DNA of 64,000 bases from Dudresnaya verticillata (taxonomy: Eukaryota): contig OZ374565.1 in the NCBI GenBank assembly GCA_977862235.1, forward strand, positions 2,604,001 through 2,668,000, read 5' to 3'. The translations under genes and the position numbers were made by a program. Shown piece after piece: positions 1 through 9,066 of the stretch. Every line of letters begins with the position of its first letter. Within the stretch, counting starts at the first letter, position 1. Under the pieces are notes generated by a model. It was not told the origin of the DNA. It searched no databases and worked only from the letters and a program-made list of their open reading frames with translations.

Positions 1-3000
1 ACAAGCCTTGCCCCCGGTCCGGCAGCCTGGATGAAGCCACGATAAGTCCGCACCTTGTCAGCGTGGGCGTTCTTCAGCGTCCCTTGCGGGTTTGTTATGC
101 AGCTGAGAATGCGTTGTTCTGACGACAGTGGATGACTGATTGTGACGTCCAGGTAGTCCGTTCCTCCTTCTGTTCCAAGCGCCTTGATGTCCGGCCGATC
201 CAAGTGAGCCCCCACCGGGCGGGGCTCCACAATCGGGGTGCGTGTCGCACGTTTCAGATCCGAAGCCAGCAGACGAACCTGAGAGTCGTGGCGCCACGAC
301 CGAGGAGATCCGCTGTTCCGCATGCCGTTCGGACAAATCAGCAGATGGTCGCCGTGAACATCCATCATCTTCTTGCACCCGGCCCGAGGACACTCCGTGT
401 CGGGTTCCAGCAGTGGAATCCGACAGTAGAATCGAAGCCATACGCGGTAGTCCCGATCCGCAATGTACGTCTTCATGCCTGGTGCCGGCTGGCACTTGAG
501 CCAGTCCTTGGCGCCCGGCACGCCAAGGGAAGCTCGGAAAGCTTGCGTCCGCCTGTCCCCGAGCGGCAGCTCGGCTTGCACTTTCTTCAGAACCAACCGC
601 GTCAAGTCCCGCTGGCGCGGGCACTCGTCGCTGTCGATCTTCTCCAGGTCCAGGGCATCCTCACTATGGCACTTGGCGCTCCAGTCTTCGTGCGCTTCTA
701 CTGCAAAAGGATCGTCAGAAAGAGCAGTGTTCACAGAAGCGGGTAAGATAGAACGCAGTAAGTTGCGGGTCAGTGAAAGGGACGCCAAAAACGCGCTCGA
801 GTTCATGTCGCCAGCTCCCGAAATACCGATTCCGAAGCTGGGCTCTTTCGTGCGCAGGGGAAGCTGAAGTTCGCGGAAGGTGTCCCTCGGTAGGACTCCT
901 CCCACGAGCTTGCGCATGCAAGCCTCAATCTTCTGGTCGAAGAGCTCGGCGCCCTTCGCCGTGGCGGATGATGGAACTACTCGCAGCAGGTAGTTCAGCC
1001 GGCAGACTCCGGCACAGTTGCGGAGTAGAGTGATGGCCACGTGTAGGTCTTCTAGTCCCGAAATTGCGTCCAGCAGGGGCTGGATGGACTCGACATGGCC
1101 ATTCACGCTCTCCTCCATGTAGTTCTGCGTTCCAATCGGAGCCTGAAGTGCTGTAGTGCCTTCTCCGTAGCTCTGCCCAAGATCCGACGGGTAGGCAGCG
1201 CAGTCTTCTGGGTCGGGTGCAGTAGGCCACCAAACAGTACACTTGTCCATGCGCAGGTGGAAGCCATAGCCCTTAGCTTCCTCGGAGTCAAAGAAGGACA
1301 GAACCTTCCTGAGTACGGCGTGTTTCGCCACGATGACGCCGTCGTCCAGGTAGAACAGTGACAGCAGCAAGTTGTTCGCCCCCTCCGCTTGCTGATTGCG
1401 GCCCGAGCGCCGCAGGTCGGCGGTGAGTTCCTTCAACTGTTTGATCAGTGCCTGCAGCACCAAAGCAAACAGTAACGGCCCGAGCGGGTCACCTTGCTGT
1501 ACACCAGTGACACTCCGCAGTAGAGTGTCACCCATCCACAGGTGCGGGCCCTCAGAGTCATAACAGTATCTGACCCACGGTAGTAGTTCAGGCATATGTC
1601 GGCGGACCTCCTTCATGAATGCTTTGCGGCTGACAAGGTTGAAGGCATTCTTCAAGTCCACTTGTAGCAACCCGTAGGACTTGTCATGGCCGTGAGACTT
1701 CTGCAGCTTCCGGACCGCGTGTACAATGGCTTCTGTGCCGCCCGAGGTTGCGACCCCGAGCTGAAGCGGTTCGAGGTATGCCTTGGCCTTGGGAGCGACT
1801 CTGGTCATGAGCATAGAGCTCACGAGTCGTCGGATTGTCTCTCCTACAGCAATGGGGCGGACACCGCCGGTGCGCTTCTTCAGAGCCGTGAGAGGAGCGC
1901 TGGCAATCCAAGGCGACAGCTCCGCAGGTCCTGCGCCGCTGGCCAGCACGTTGACCATTTTGGTGAGCCCGCCAAGCAGGCCCGTGTGCTCGTGAGTGGT
2001 CGGGACTGAGAGCAGTTCCTGCAGATGCGTCGGTGATAGTCCTGTGCCCCCCGAGGCCGAAGCCCGGGGGAACTTGGCCACTGCTTTTCGTACTTCGTCG
2101 GCTGTGAAAGGCACAAAGTCAGGCATGGTCGGCAGCGGTTCGGACTGGTCAAGCTCGTGGTCCGCGTCGGTTTGCGGTACGGACTGTGGGTGCTTGTCCT
2201 TCATGGACTGTATCACAGAGTCTGTGGCTGGCGCGATTCCATCAGAGTCTAGAGCTGCTGCTGCCTTACTGTAGGCGCCCTCCTTTGCGAGGCGAAGGGC
2301 TCGTGAGGCGTTGATACGGCGTTGCTCTTCTGCGGAAGGCGCAGTCTGCTCACGGAATGTCGAGCCCTTCAAGGCCTCCTGCCATAGGGCGTCGTAATCC
2401 TTGAGTCCCCAGCGGCGGATTCGATCGCGGAAGGTGCCGATCGAGGACGCAGAGGTTGACGCGCCGGCCCTTGCACTCGCCGCGGGAGGATTGGACAAGA
2501 CGGCTGCTGGAAAAAGCAGGAATGCAGTGAGCTCTTTGGTGGCTTCCTGAGAGTTGTTTGCGTTCGTAAAAGCCCATACCGTCTTGGACAGTGCGTCGCG
2601 CACCTCTGCGCGCACGCGAGACGGTATATGTGTGACCATAGGGATATGCGAGCGACAGATATCTTCGACCGCCGGCAGAAGCTGCCCTCCTGGACCCCGC
2701 GCAGCGTGTCGGGTTTGCGCAGTTGGTACCACTTGAGTAGCTGGTACCGGTGCAGGAGGCGGCTCCTGGCTGTCCGGGATTCGTCGCGGGGCTGGCAGGA
2801 TATCGTCCGCCGGCTCGCCGTCCTCGGGTTGCGTCTCCGTGACCGCGTCCAGAGCAGGAGTCTGTGATGGCGCGGCTACAGTTTCTTCACGGCTCGGTGT
2901 CGTCAATTGGTTGGACGGGACGTGGGAGAACGCCGGAGTGCGAGTGGCGGGACATGCGCTGCAATTCTTGTACCGCATACTGTACATGCCTTCACTGTTC

Positions 3001-3293
3001 ATGCGGGAGCTACAGTGGGTAGGCATGTACTTGTTGTGAGTCACACAGTACCATACTCCATAGTCCAGGAGCTGCTGCTTGAGAGGCTCGATGTCGGTCC
3101 TCGTCGGTGGTCCTCGCCTGCCAGGAACATGCATCTTCCGCAGGTGCATGAGTAGCGCTTCTACAGTAGGCAGTGAGGACGACTGGCAGCCCAGAGGACA
3201 GCTGGTACTGTTTGTCGGGCGGTGTTTTGCCGAAGGCATAAAGCATGGAGAGAGCCATACCTTCGGCATGTCGGGGTGCTGCTGACCAATCAT
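1..3293 (-). CDS. Retrotransposon RT-endonuclease ORF, copy A (C-terminus runs off window start)
   Basis: ATG at 3293 (CAT at 3291-3293 on +); colinear with the 1162-aa ORF of copy B at offset 4658. Confidence 0.9.
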   Translation of the reverse strand, partial: MIGQQHPDMPKVWLSPCFMPSAKHRPTNSTSCPLGCQSSSLPTVEALLMHLRKMHVPGRRGPPTRTDIEPLKQQLLDYGVWYCVTHNKYMPTHCSSRMNSEGMYSMRYKNCSACPATRTPAFSHVPSNQLTTPSREETVAAPSQTPALDAVTETQPEDGEPADDILPAPRRIPDSQEPPPAPVPATQVVPTAQTRHAARGPGGQLLPAVEDICRSHIPMVTHIPSRVRAEVRDALSKTVWAFTNANNSQEATKELTAFLLFPAAVLSNPPAASARAGASTSASSIGTFRDRIRRWGLKDYDALWQEALKGSTFREQTAPSAEEQRRINASRALRLAKEGAYSKAAAALDSDGIAPATDSVIQSMKDKHPQSVPQTDADHELDQSEPLPTMPDFVPFTADEVRKAVAKFPRASASGGTGLSPTHLQELLSVPTTHEHTGLLGGLTKMVNVLASGAGPAELSPWIASAPLTALKKRTGGVRPIAVGETIRRLVSSMLMTRVAPKAKAYLEPLQLGVATSGGTEAIVHAVRKLQKSHGHDKSYGLLQVDLKNAFNLVSRKAFMKEVRRHMPELLPWVRYCYDSEGPHLWMGDTLLRSVTGVQQGDPLGPLLFALVLQALIKQLKELTADLRRSGRNQQAEGANNLLLSLFYLDDGVIVAKHAVLRKVLSFFDSEEAKGYGFHLRMDKCTVWWPTAPDPEDCAAYPSDLGQSYGEGTTALQAPIGTQNYMEESVNGHVESIQPLLDAISGLEDLHVAITLLRNCAGVCRLNYLLRVVPSSATAKGAELFDQKIEACMRKLVGGVLPRDTFRELQLPLRTKEPSFGIGISGAGDMNSSAFLASLSLTRNLLRSILPASVNTALSDDPFAVEAHEDWSAKCHSEDALDLEKIDSDECPRQRDLTRLVLKKVQAELPLGDRRTQAFRASLGVPGAKDWLKCQPAPGMKTYIADRDYRVWLRFYCRIPLLEPDTECPRAGCKKMMDVHGDHLLICPNGMRNSGSPRSWRHDSQVRLLASDLKRATRTPIVEPRPVGAHLDRPDIKALGTEGGTDYLDVTISHPLSSEQRILSCITNPQGTLKNAHADKVRTYRGFIQAAGPGARL

Positions 3294-4031
3294 GGTTACA
3301 GCGCTGGGTAAGGTACCTGTAAAGGTCCTCTACAGTAGGTTCCCTCGGGGCACAGACCTCCTAACCGGGACGCAAGCCTGTCGTCCGTCGTCAGTCTGTT
3401 CGGGACACCTCCAGAGGGTGCTACAGGTGGCCTTGCTGCGAGATGAAGGCCTCTTCGCAGCGTAGGGCGTGAGATTGCGCAATTTGCGCACGAGCTCGCG
3501 CAAAAGGGCGCACGTGTTAGCGTTCGCGCGTAGACTTATCGGACGTTCCCTTCCCTGCCGCAGCTGAGAAGAGTCTCTTCACTGCGGTCCTGTAACGCGC
3601 GGTACTTCTCGTTTGCACAAGCTCTCAATGGGGTCGCAGAACCACCGTTTACCTGTGAGTGCCCACAGGATTTTTGGCCTCCCCCGAAGGTTCGCTGGCA
3701 GGACGTTCGCTCGATCTTAGAAGGGGTGGTTTCAAAACAGGATCCACCAGGCTTAAGCCACGTTACCCCAACTTCGACGTTGCTTGGCACGTTTCTGCGA
3801 TGAGCTTGTGGGTCACGAGCCGCCTACCACTCAAGGTCGAGGGTCTTTGGCGATTCCCACACTTGTAGGTCTCTCGGCACTTCCCGAAGGAAGATTTTAC
3901 AGGACAAGCCTGGCCTTTACCAATCTGTCAGTTGAAGGGTGTGAAACCCCTCTGTCGACAGTCCACGGCAGCCTAGACAGAGTCTAGGCTGTGCCGGGTA
4001 CAAGCAAAACGCGTACAGGGCCAGGGAAAGA

Positions 4032-4077
4032 AAGATAAGTCAGTGGGGCCCGGGCAAATTTCAAGGTGAGGGATCAC
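4032..4077 (+). promoter_or_regulatory. 5S internal-control-region (box A / IE / box C) mimic in the element 5' UTR; also at 20738-20783, 29259-29304, 33943-33988, 39634-39679, 44293-44338, 48977-49022, 55960-56005, 63823-63868
   Basis: AAGATAAGTC (4032-4041) equals 5S +51..+60 and AGGTGAGGGATCAC (4064-4077) equals 5S +83..+96, with the same 32-bp offset as in the 5S gene (9117 to 9149). Regulatory function is inferred. Confidence 0.7.
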
Positions 4078-4360
4078 CTTAAAAGTAAGCGCAAAATAGG
4101 AAACGCGTGACCGTCGGCGACGACGGCGGCGGCGACGGCGGCGACGACGACGGCGTCGCGGCGCAGATCGACGGCGCAAAAAGAGACAAAAGTAGACCGC
4201 GCTCGCCCGCCGTCAAAGGTGAAGGGCTGAAAAACCCCGCACCGACGCGCCGTCGCGCGCTCGAACAGGCGGCACCGCCGCCGAAAAGATCGGTGCAGAA
4301 CTTGTTGAGATATCCGCGAAACAAAATTTTCGGCAGATCGCGAGGGGGTACTGAGGTGAG

Positions 4361-7300
4361 TTCAACTTTATAACAGGGGACCATATTCTAATATTTGTCG
4401 ACGTACAATCTACTGTAGTATCACAACAAAGTTAAACCCCCAACTCAAAACAACTTGCACATCTACACCTCCTGTTGGATCCCTTCCATCAGGCACTTGA
4501 CGTTGTTCTGTACCAGTCGCGCCGCGTGCCTGTGGAATAGAGCCGCTCGCGAAACACCGCGAGTTACCATGGCCCGAGAAGCCACGGTATCCGCCAACTC
4601 TTGCATATACTTGTGCGCCTCCGGGTGCCAGCCACCTAGTGTGGTCATCGGCACCGGCACAAGCCTTGCCCCCGGTCCGGCAGCCTGGATGAAGCCACGG
4701 TAAGTCCGCACCTTGTCAGCGTGGGCGTTCTTCAGCGTCCCTTGCGGGTTTGTTATGCAGCTGAGAATGCGTTGTTCTGACGACAGTGGATGACTTATTG
4801 TGACGTCCAGGTAGTCCGTTCCTCCTTCTGTTCCAAGCGCCTTGATGTCTGGCCGATCCAGGTGAGCCCCCACCGGGCGGGGCTCCACAATCGGGGTGCG
4901 TGTCGCACGTTTCAGATCCGAAGCCAGCAGACGAACCTGAGAGTCGTGGCGCCACGACCGAGGAGAACCGCTGTTCCGCATGCCGTTCGGACAAATCAGC
5001 AGATGGTCGCCGTGAACATCCATCTTCTTCTTGCACCCGGCCCGAGGACACTCCGTGTCGGGTTCCAGCAGTGGGATCTGACAGTAGAATCGAAGCCATA
5101 CGCGGTAGTCCCGATCCGCAATGTACGTCTTCATGCCTGGTGCCGGCTGGCACTTGAGCCAGTCCTTGGCGCCCGGCACGCCAAGGGAAGCTCGGAAAGC
5201 TTGAGTCCGCCTGTCCCCGAGCGGCAGCTCGGCTTGCACTTTCTTCAGTACCAACCGCGTCAAGTCCCGCTGGCGCGGGCACTCGTCGCTGTCGATCTTC
5301 TCCAGGTCCAGGGCATCCTCACTATGGCACTTGGCGCTCCAGGCTTCGTGCGCTTCTACTGCAAAAGGATCGTCAGAAAGAGCAGTGTTCACAGAAGCGG
5401 GTAAGATAGAACGCAGTAAGTTGCGGGTCAGTGAAAGGGATGCCAAAAACGCGCTCGAGTTCATGTCTCCAGCTCCCGAAATACCGATTCCGAAGCTGGG
5501 CTCTTTCGTGCGCAGGGGAAGCTGAAGTTCGCGGAAGGTGTCCCTCGGTAGGACTCCTCCCACGAGCTTGCGCGTGCAAGCCTCAATCTTCTGGTCGAAG
5601 AGCTCGGCGCCCTTTGCCGTGGCGGATGATGGAACTACTCGCAGCAGGTAGTTCAGCCGGCAGACTCCGGCACAGTTGCGGAGTAGAGTGATGGCCACGT
5701 GTAGGTCTTCTAGTCCCGAAATTGCGTCCAGCAGGGGCTGGATGGACTCGACATGGCCATTCACGCTCTCCTCCATGTAGTTCTGCGTTCCAATCGGAGC
5801 CTGAAGTACTGTAGTGCCTTCTCCGTAGCTCTGCCCAAGATCCGACGGGTAGGCAGCGCAGTCTTCTGGGTCGGGTGCAGTAGGCCACCAAACAGTACAC
5901 TTGTCCATGCGCAGGTGGAAGCCATAGCCCTTAGCTTCCTCGGAGTCAAAGAAGGACAGAACCTTCCTGAGTACGGCGTGTTTCGCCACGATGACGCCGT
6001 CGTCCAGGTAGAACAGTGACAGCAGCAAGTTGTTCGCCCCCTCCGCTTGCTGATTGCGGCCCGAGCGCCGCAGGTCGGCGGTGAGTTCCTTCAACTGTTT
6101 GATCAGTGCCTGCAGCACCAAAGCAAACAGTAACGGCCCGAGCGGGTCACCTTGCTGTACACCAGTGACACTCCGCAGTAGAGTGTCACCCATCCACAGG
6201 TGCGGGCCCTCAGAGTCATAACAGTATCTGACCCACGGTAGTAGTTCAGGCATATGTCGGCGGACCTCCTTCATGAATGCTTTGCGGCTGACAAGGTTGA
6301 AGGCATTCTTCAAGTCCACTTGTAGCAACCCGTAGGACTTGTCATGGCCGTGAGACTTCTGCAGCTTCCGGACCGCGTGTACAATGGCTTCTGTGCCGCC
6401 CGAGGTTGCGACCCCGAGCTGAAGCGGTTCGAGGTATGCCTTGGCCTTGGGAGCGACTCTGGTCATGAGCATAGAGCTCACGAGTCGTCGGATTGTCTCT
6501 CCTACAGCAATGGGGCGGACACCGCCGGTGCGCTTCTTCAGAGCCGTGAGAGGAGCGCTGGCAATCCAAGGCGACAGCTCCGCAGGTCCTGCGCCGCTGG
6601 CCAGCACGTTGACCATTTTGGTGAGCCCGCCAAGCAGGCCCGTGTGCTCGTGAGTGGTCGGGACTGAGAGCAGTTCCTGCAGATGCGTCGGTGATAGTCC
6701 TGTTCCCCCCGAGGCCGAAGCCCGGGGGAACTTGGCCACTGCTTTTCGTACTTCGTCGGCTGTGAAAGGCACAAAGTCAGGCATGGTCGGCAGCGGTTCG
6801 GACTGGTCAAGCTCGTGGTCCGCGTCGGTTTGCGGTACGGACTGCGGGTGCTTGTCCTTCATGGACTGTATCACAGAGTCTGTGGCTGGGGCGATTCCAT
6901 CAGAGTCTAGAGCTGCTGCTGCCTTACTGTAGGCGCCCTCCTTTGCAAGGCGAAGGGCTCGTGAGGCATTGATACGGCGTTGCTCTTCTGCGGAAGGCGC
7001 AGTCTGCTCACGGAATGTCGAGCCCTTCAAGGCCTCCTGCCATAGGGCGTCGTAATCCTTGAGTCCCCAGCGTCGGATTCGATCGCGGAAGGTGCCGATC
7101 GAGGACGCAGAGGTTGACGCGCTGGCCCTTGCACTCGCCGCGGGAGGATTGGACAAGACGGCTGCTGGAAAAAGCAGGAATGCAGTGAGCTCTTTGGTGG
7201 CTTCCTGAGAGTTGGTTGCGTTCGTAAAAGCCCATACCGTCTTGGACAGTGCGTCGCGCACCTCGGCGCGGACGCGAGACGGTATATGTGTGACCATAGG

Positions 7301-8001
7301 GATATGCGAGCGACAGATGTCTTCGACCGCCGGCAGAAGCTGCCCTCCTGGACCCCGCGCAACGGGTGGGGTTTGCGCAGTTGGTACCTCTCGAGTAGCA
7401 GGTACCGGTGCAGGAGGCGGCTCCTGGCTGTCCGGGATTCGTCGCGGGGCTGGCAGGATATCGTCCGCTGGCTCGCCGTCCTCGGGTTGCGTCTCCGTGA
7501 CCGCGTCCAGAGCAGGAGTCTGTGATGGCGCGGCTACAGTTTCTTCACGGCTCGGTGTCGTCAATTGGTTGGACGGGACGTGGGAGAACGCCGGAGTGCG
7601 AGTAGCGGGACATGCGCTGCAATTCTTGTACCGCATACTGTACATGCCTTCACTGTTCATGCGGGAGCTACAGTGGGTAGGCATGTACTTGTTGTGAGTC
7701 ACACAGTACCATACTCCATAGTCCAGGAGCTGCTGCTTGAGAGGCTCGATGTCGGTCCTCGTCGGTGGTCCTCGCCTGCCAGGAACATGCATCTTCCGCA
7801 GGTGCATGAGTAGCGCTTCTACAGTAGGCAGTGAGGACGACTGGCAGCCCAGAGGACAGCTGGTACTGTTTGTCGGGCGGTGTTTTGCCGAAGGCATAAA
7901 GCATGGAGAGAGCCATACCTTCGGCATGTCGGGGTGCTGCTGACCAATCATGGTTACAGCGCTGGGTAAGGTACCTGTAAAGGTCCTCTACAGTAGGTTC
8001 C
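4361..8001 (-). mobile_element. Copy B; intact ORF, ~1 kb of 5' UTR missing, fused to the 5S spacer
   Basis: Starts TTCAACTTTATAAC after GTGAG; ends at TTCC (7998-8001), a 4-bp microhomology with the spacer. Confidence 0.95.
4463..7951 (-). CDS. 1162-aa non-LTR retrotransposon protein: C2H2 Zn finger, reverse transcriptase, CCHC knuckle, restriction-like endonuclease (CRE-clade-like)
   Basis: CPLGC-x13-H-x4-H; RPIAVGE; QLGV..GGTEAIVH; VDLKNAFN; GVQQGDPLGPLLF; YLDD; C-x4-C-x9-H-x3-C; RHD; RPDI..DVT..K. Confidence 0.96.
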   Translation of the reverse strand: MIGQQHPDMPKVWLSPCFMPSAKHRPTNSTSCPLGCQSSSLPTVEALLMHLRKMHVPGRRGPPTRTDIEPLKQQLLDYGVWYCVTHNKYMPTHCSSRMNSEGMYSMRYKNCSACPATRTPAFSHVPSNQLTTPSREETVAAPSQTPALDAVTETQPEDGEPADDILPAPRRIPDSQEPPPAPVPATREVPTAQTPPVARGPGGQLLPAVEDICRSHIPMVTHIPSRVRAEVRDALSKTVWAFTNATNSQEATKELTAFLLFPAAVLSNPPAASARASASTSASSIGTFRDRIRRWGLKDYDALWQEALKGSTFREQTAPSAEEQRRINASRALRLAKEGAYSKAAAALDSDGIAPATDSVIQSMKDKHPQSVPQTDADHELDQSEPLPTMPDFVPFTADEVRKAVAKFPRASASGGTGLSPTHLQELLSVPTTHEHTGLLGGLTKMVNVLASGAGPAELSPWIASAPLTALKKRTGGVRPIAVGETIRRLVSSMLMTRVAPKAKAYLEPLQLGVATSGGTEAIVHAVRKLQKSHGHDKSYGLLQVDLKNAFNLVSRKAFMKEVRRHMPELLPWVRYCYDSEGPHLWMGDTLLRSVTGVQQGDPLGPLLFALVLQALIKQLKELTADLRRSGRNQQAEGANNLLLSLFYLDDGVIVAKHAVLRKVLSFFDSEEAKGYGFHLRMDKCTVWWPTAPDPEDCAAYPSDLGQSYGEGTTVLQAPIGTQNYMEESVNGHVESIQPLLDAISGLEDLHVAITLLRNCAGVCRLNYLLRVVPSSATAKGAELFDQKIEACTRKLVGGVLPRDTFRELQLPLRTKEPSFGIGISGAGDMNSSAFLASLSLTRNLLRSILPASVNTALSDDPFAVEAHEAWSAKCHSEDALDLEKIDSDECPRQRDLTRLVLKKVQAELPLGDRRTQAFRASLGVPGAKDWLKCQPAPGMKTYIADRDYRVWLRFYCQIPLLEPDTECPRAGCKKKMDVHGDHLLICPNGMRNSGSPRSWRHDSQVRLLASDLKRATRTPIVEPRPVGAHLDRPDIKALGTEGGTDYLDVTISHPLSSEQRILSCITNPQGTLKNAHADKVRTYRGFIQAAGPGARLVPVPMTTLGGWHPEAHKYMQELADTVASRAMVTRGVSRAALFHRHAARLVQNNVKCLMEGIQQEV

Positions 8002-9035
8002 TTCCTCCCCGCCGCCCTCTGCGTACATTGCTGCCTTGCATACCTCTCCCACAGAATCCCCGACCCACTGCCTCTGTACAGCGTATTCTTTTCACTCGCA
8101 CTTTTCCCCTTTTCTTGTAAGTGGGAGGGAGTCTGAGAGTGTTTGCAGGTGTCTAGGGGTTGTTTAGGGTTAGGTCTAGGGTTAGTTTGGTTACTGTGGT
8201 ACGCGAGGGGCATGATATTGGGAGGGTAAAGGGTCTAGTGTTGGTGCATGGAATGAATCATGGTGGTGGAAGGAATGGATCAGTGTGGTGGATGAATTGG
8301 ATTTAGGGACATAGAATTGGATTAGATTTAGTACCCAGAAGATTGGATCAAGGATCACCACAATCGGATCAAGTCTGGTGGCTGGGGTGAGGGTGGCTTG
8401 GACGTTTGTGCTCATAACTTTGGAACGGCTGGGGCTAGGGAGCTGCTCAGTAGCTGAATCGAAGCGTCTCGTTGCTGCGCATTGCGTAGCGCTCTTACCC
8501 TCCTAAATCGACTTTTTGGCGCGTTTCTATGGTGCAAAACGTCCCCACGGGCCGTCGGCAGCTTTTGAGCAGATCAAATAGGGGTTTGGGGCATGTATGG
8601 TTATGGGTGGGTTTAGGGGTGTTAGGGATGTGTCATTTTAACGCGTTTAGGAGTGTAGGGAGTGGGAATGAAAGTAGTAAGGATGAGGAAATGGAAAGGG
8701 AAGGATGAGAAAGTATAGTACAATGCAGTAATACAAATCACGGAATGCATCAGGTTGGGATCCAATAAGGGTGGATGGATTGGATCAACGGAAGTCAAGG
8801 CGTTATAGGATTGGATCTAGGGGCTCTGTAAATTAGATTGGGTGCTGGTTTCATTGAACCAAGGGGTCAGAACGTCCATGAGCTGGTTGACTGTATTTAT
8901 ATTGAATCCTGCGTTTAGAGTAAATGGTATACGGTTATGGGTCATTACTTTAATGCTCCACGTGTACACTACAGTCGGATGGACATTGGACGCAGGAGTC
9001 TTTAGTCGATGACGGGGAGTGCAGTTGATGGCGCA

Positions 9036-9043
9036 TTTAAATA
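9036..9043 (+). promoter_or_regulatory. TATA-like element at -31..-24 of the 5S gene (present in every unit)
   Basis: TTTAAATA about 30 bp upstream of 5S +1, the typical position for Pol III 5S upstream elements. Confidence 0.6.
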
Positions 9044-9066
9044 GGGGTACGGCGGGAACAGCAAGC

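Larger units (their letters stand above)
1..4347 (-). mobile_element. Copy A of 5S-targeting RLE non-LTR retrotransposon; 3' end lies outside the window, 5' end full length
   Basis: Near-identical to the other copies; ends ...AGATCGCGAGGGG followed by target-site sequence GTACTGAGGTGAG (4348-4360). Confidence 0.95.

Noticed and set aside
58..3285. Many 60-200 aa ORFs overlapping the main ORF in other frames or strands, repeated in every copy
   Set aside because: Shadow ORFs of a GC-rich coding sequence; no recognisable motifs, and their recurrence only reflects copy identity.
3848..3857. TGGCGATTCC, reverse complement of 5S GGAATCGCCA, in the 5' UTR
   Set aside because: A single 10-mer in the opposite orientation and not colinear with the box A/C mimic; plausible by chance.
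3973..4179. Poly-Arg ORF
   Set aside because: Translation of the GAC/GGC trinucleotide tract.
8410..8580. Possible second small RNA (snRNA, SL RNA or tRNA) in the spacer core, with a hairpin and an Sm-like ACTTTTTGG
   Set aside because: No cloverleaf or recognisable snRNA consensus; needs a covariance-model search.
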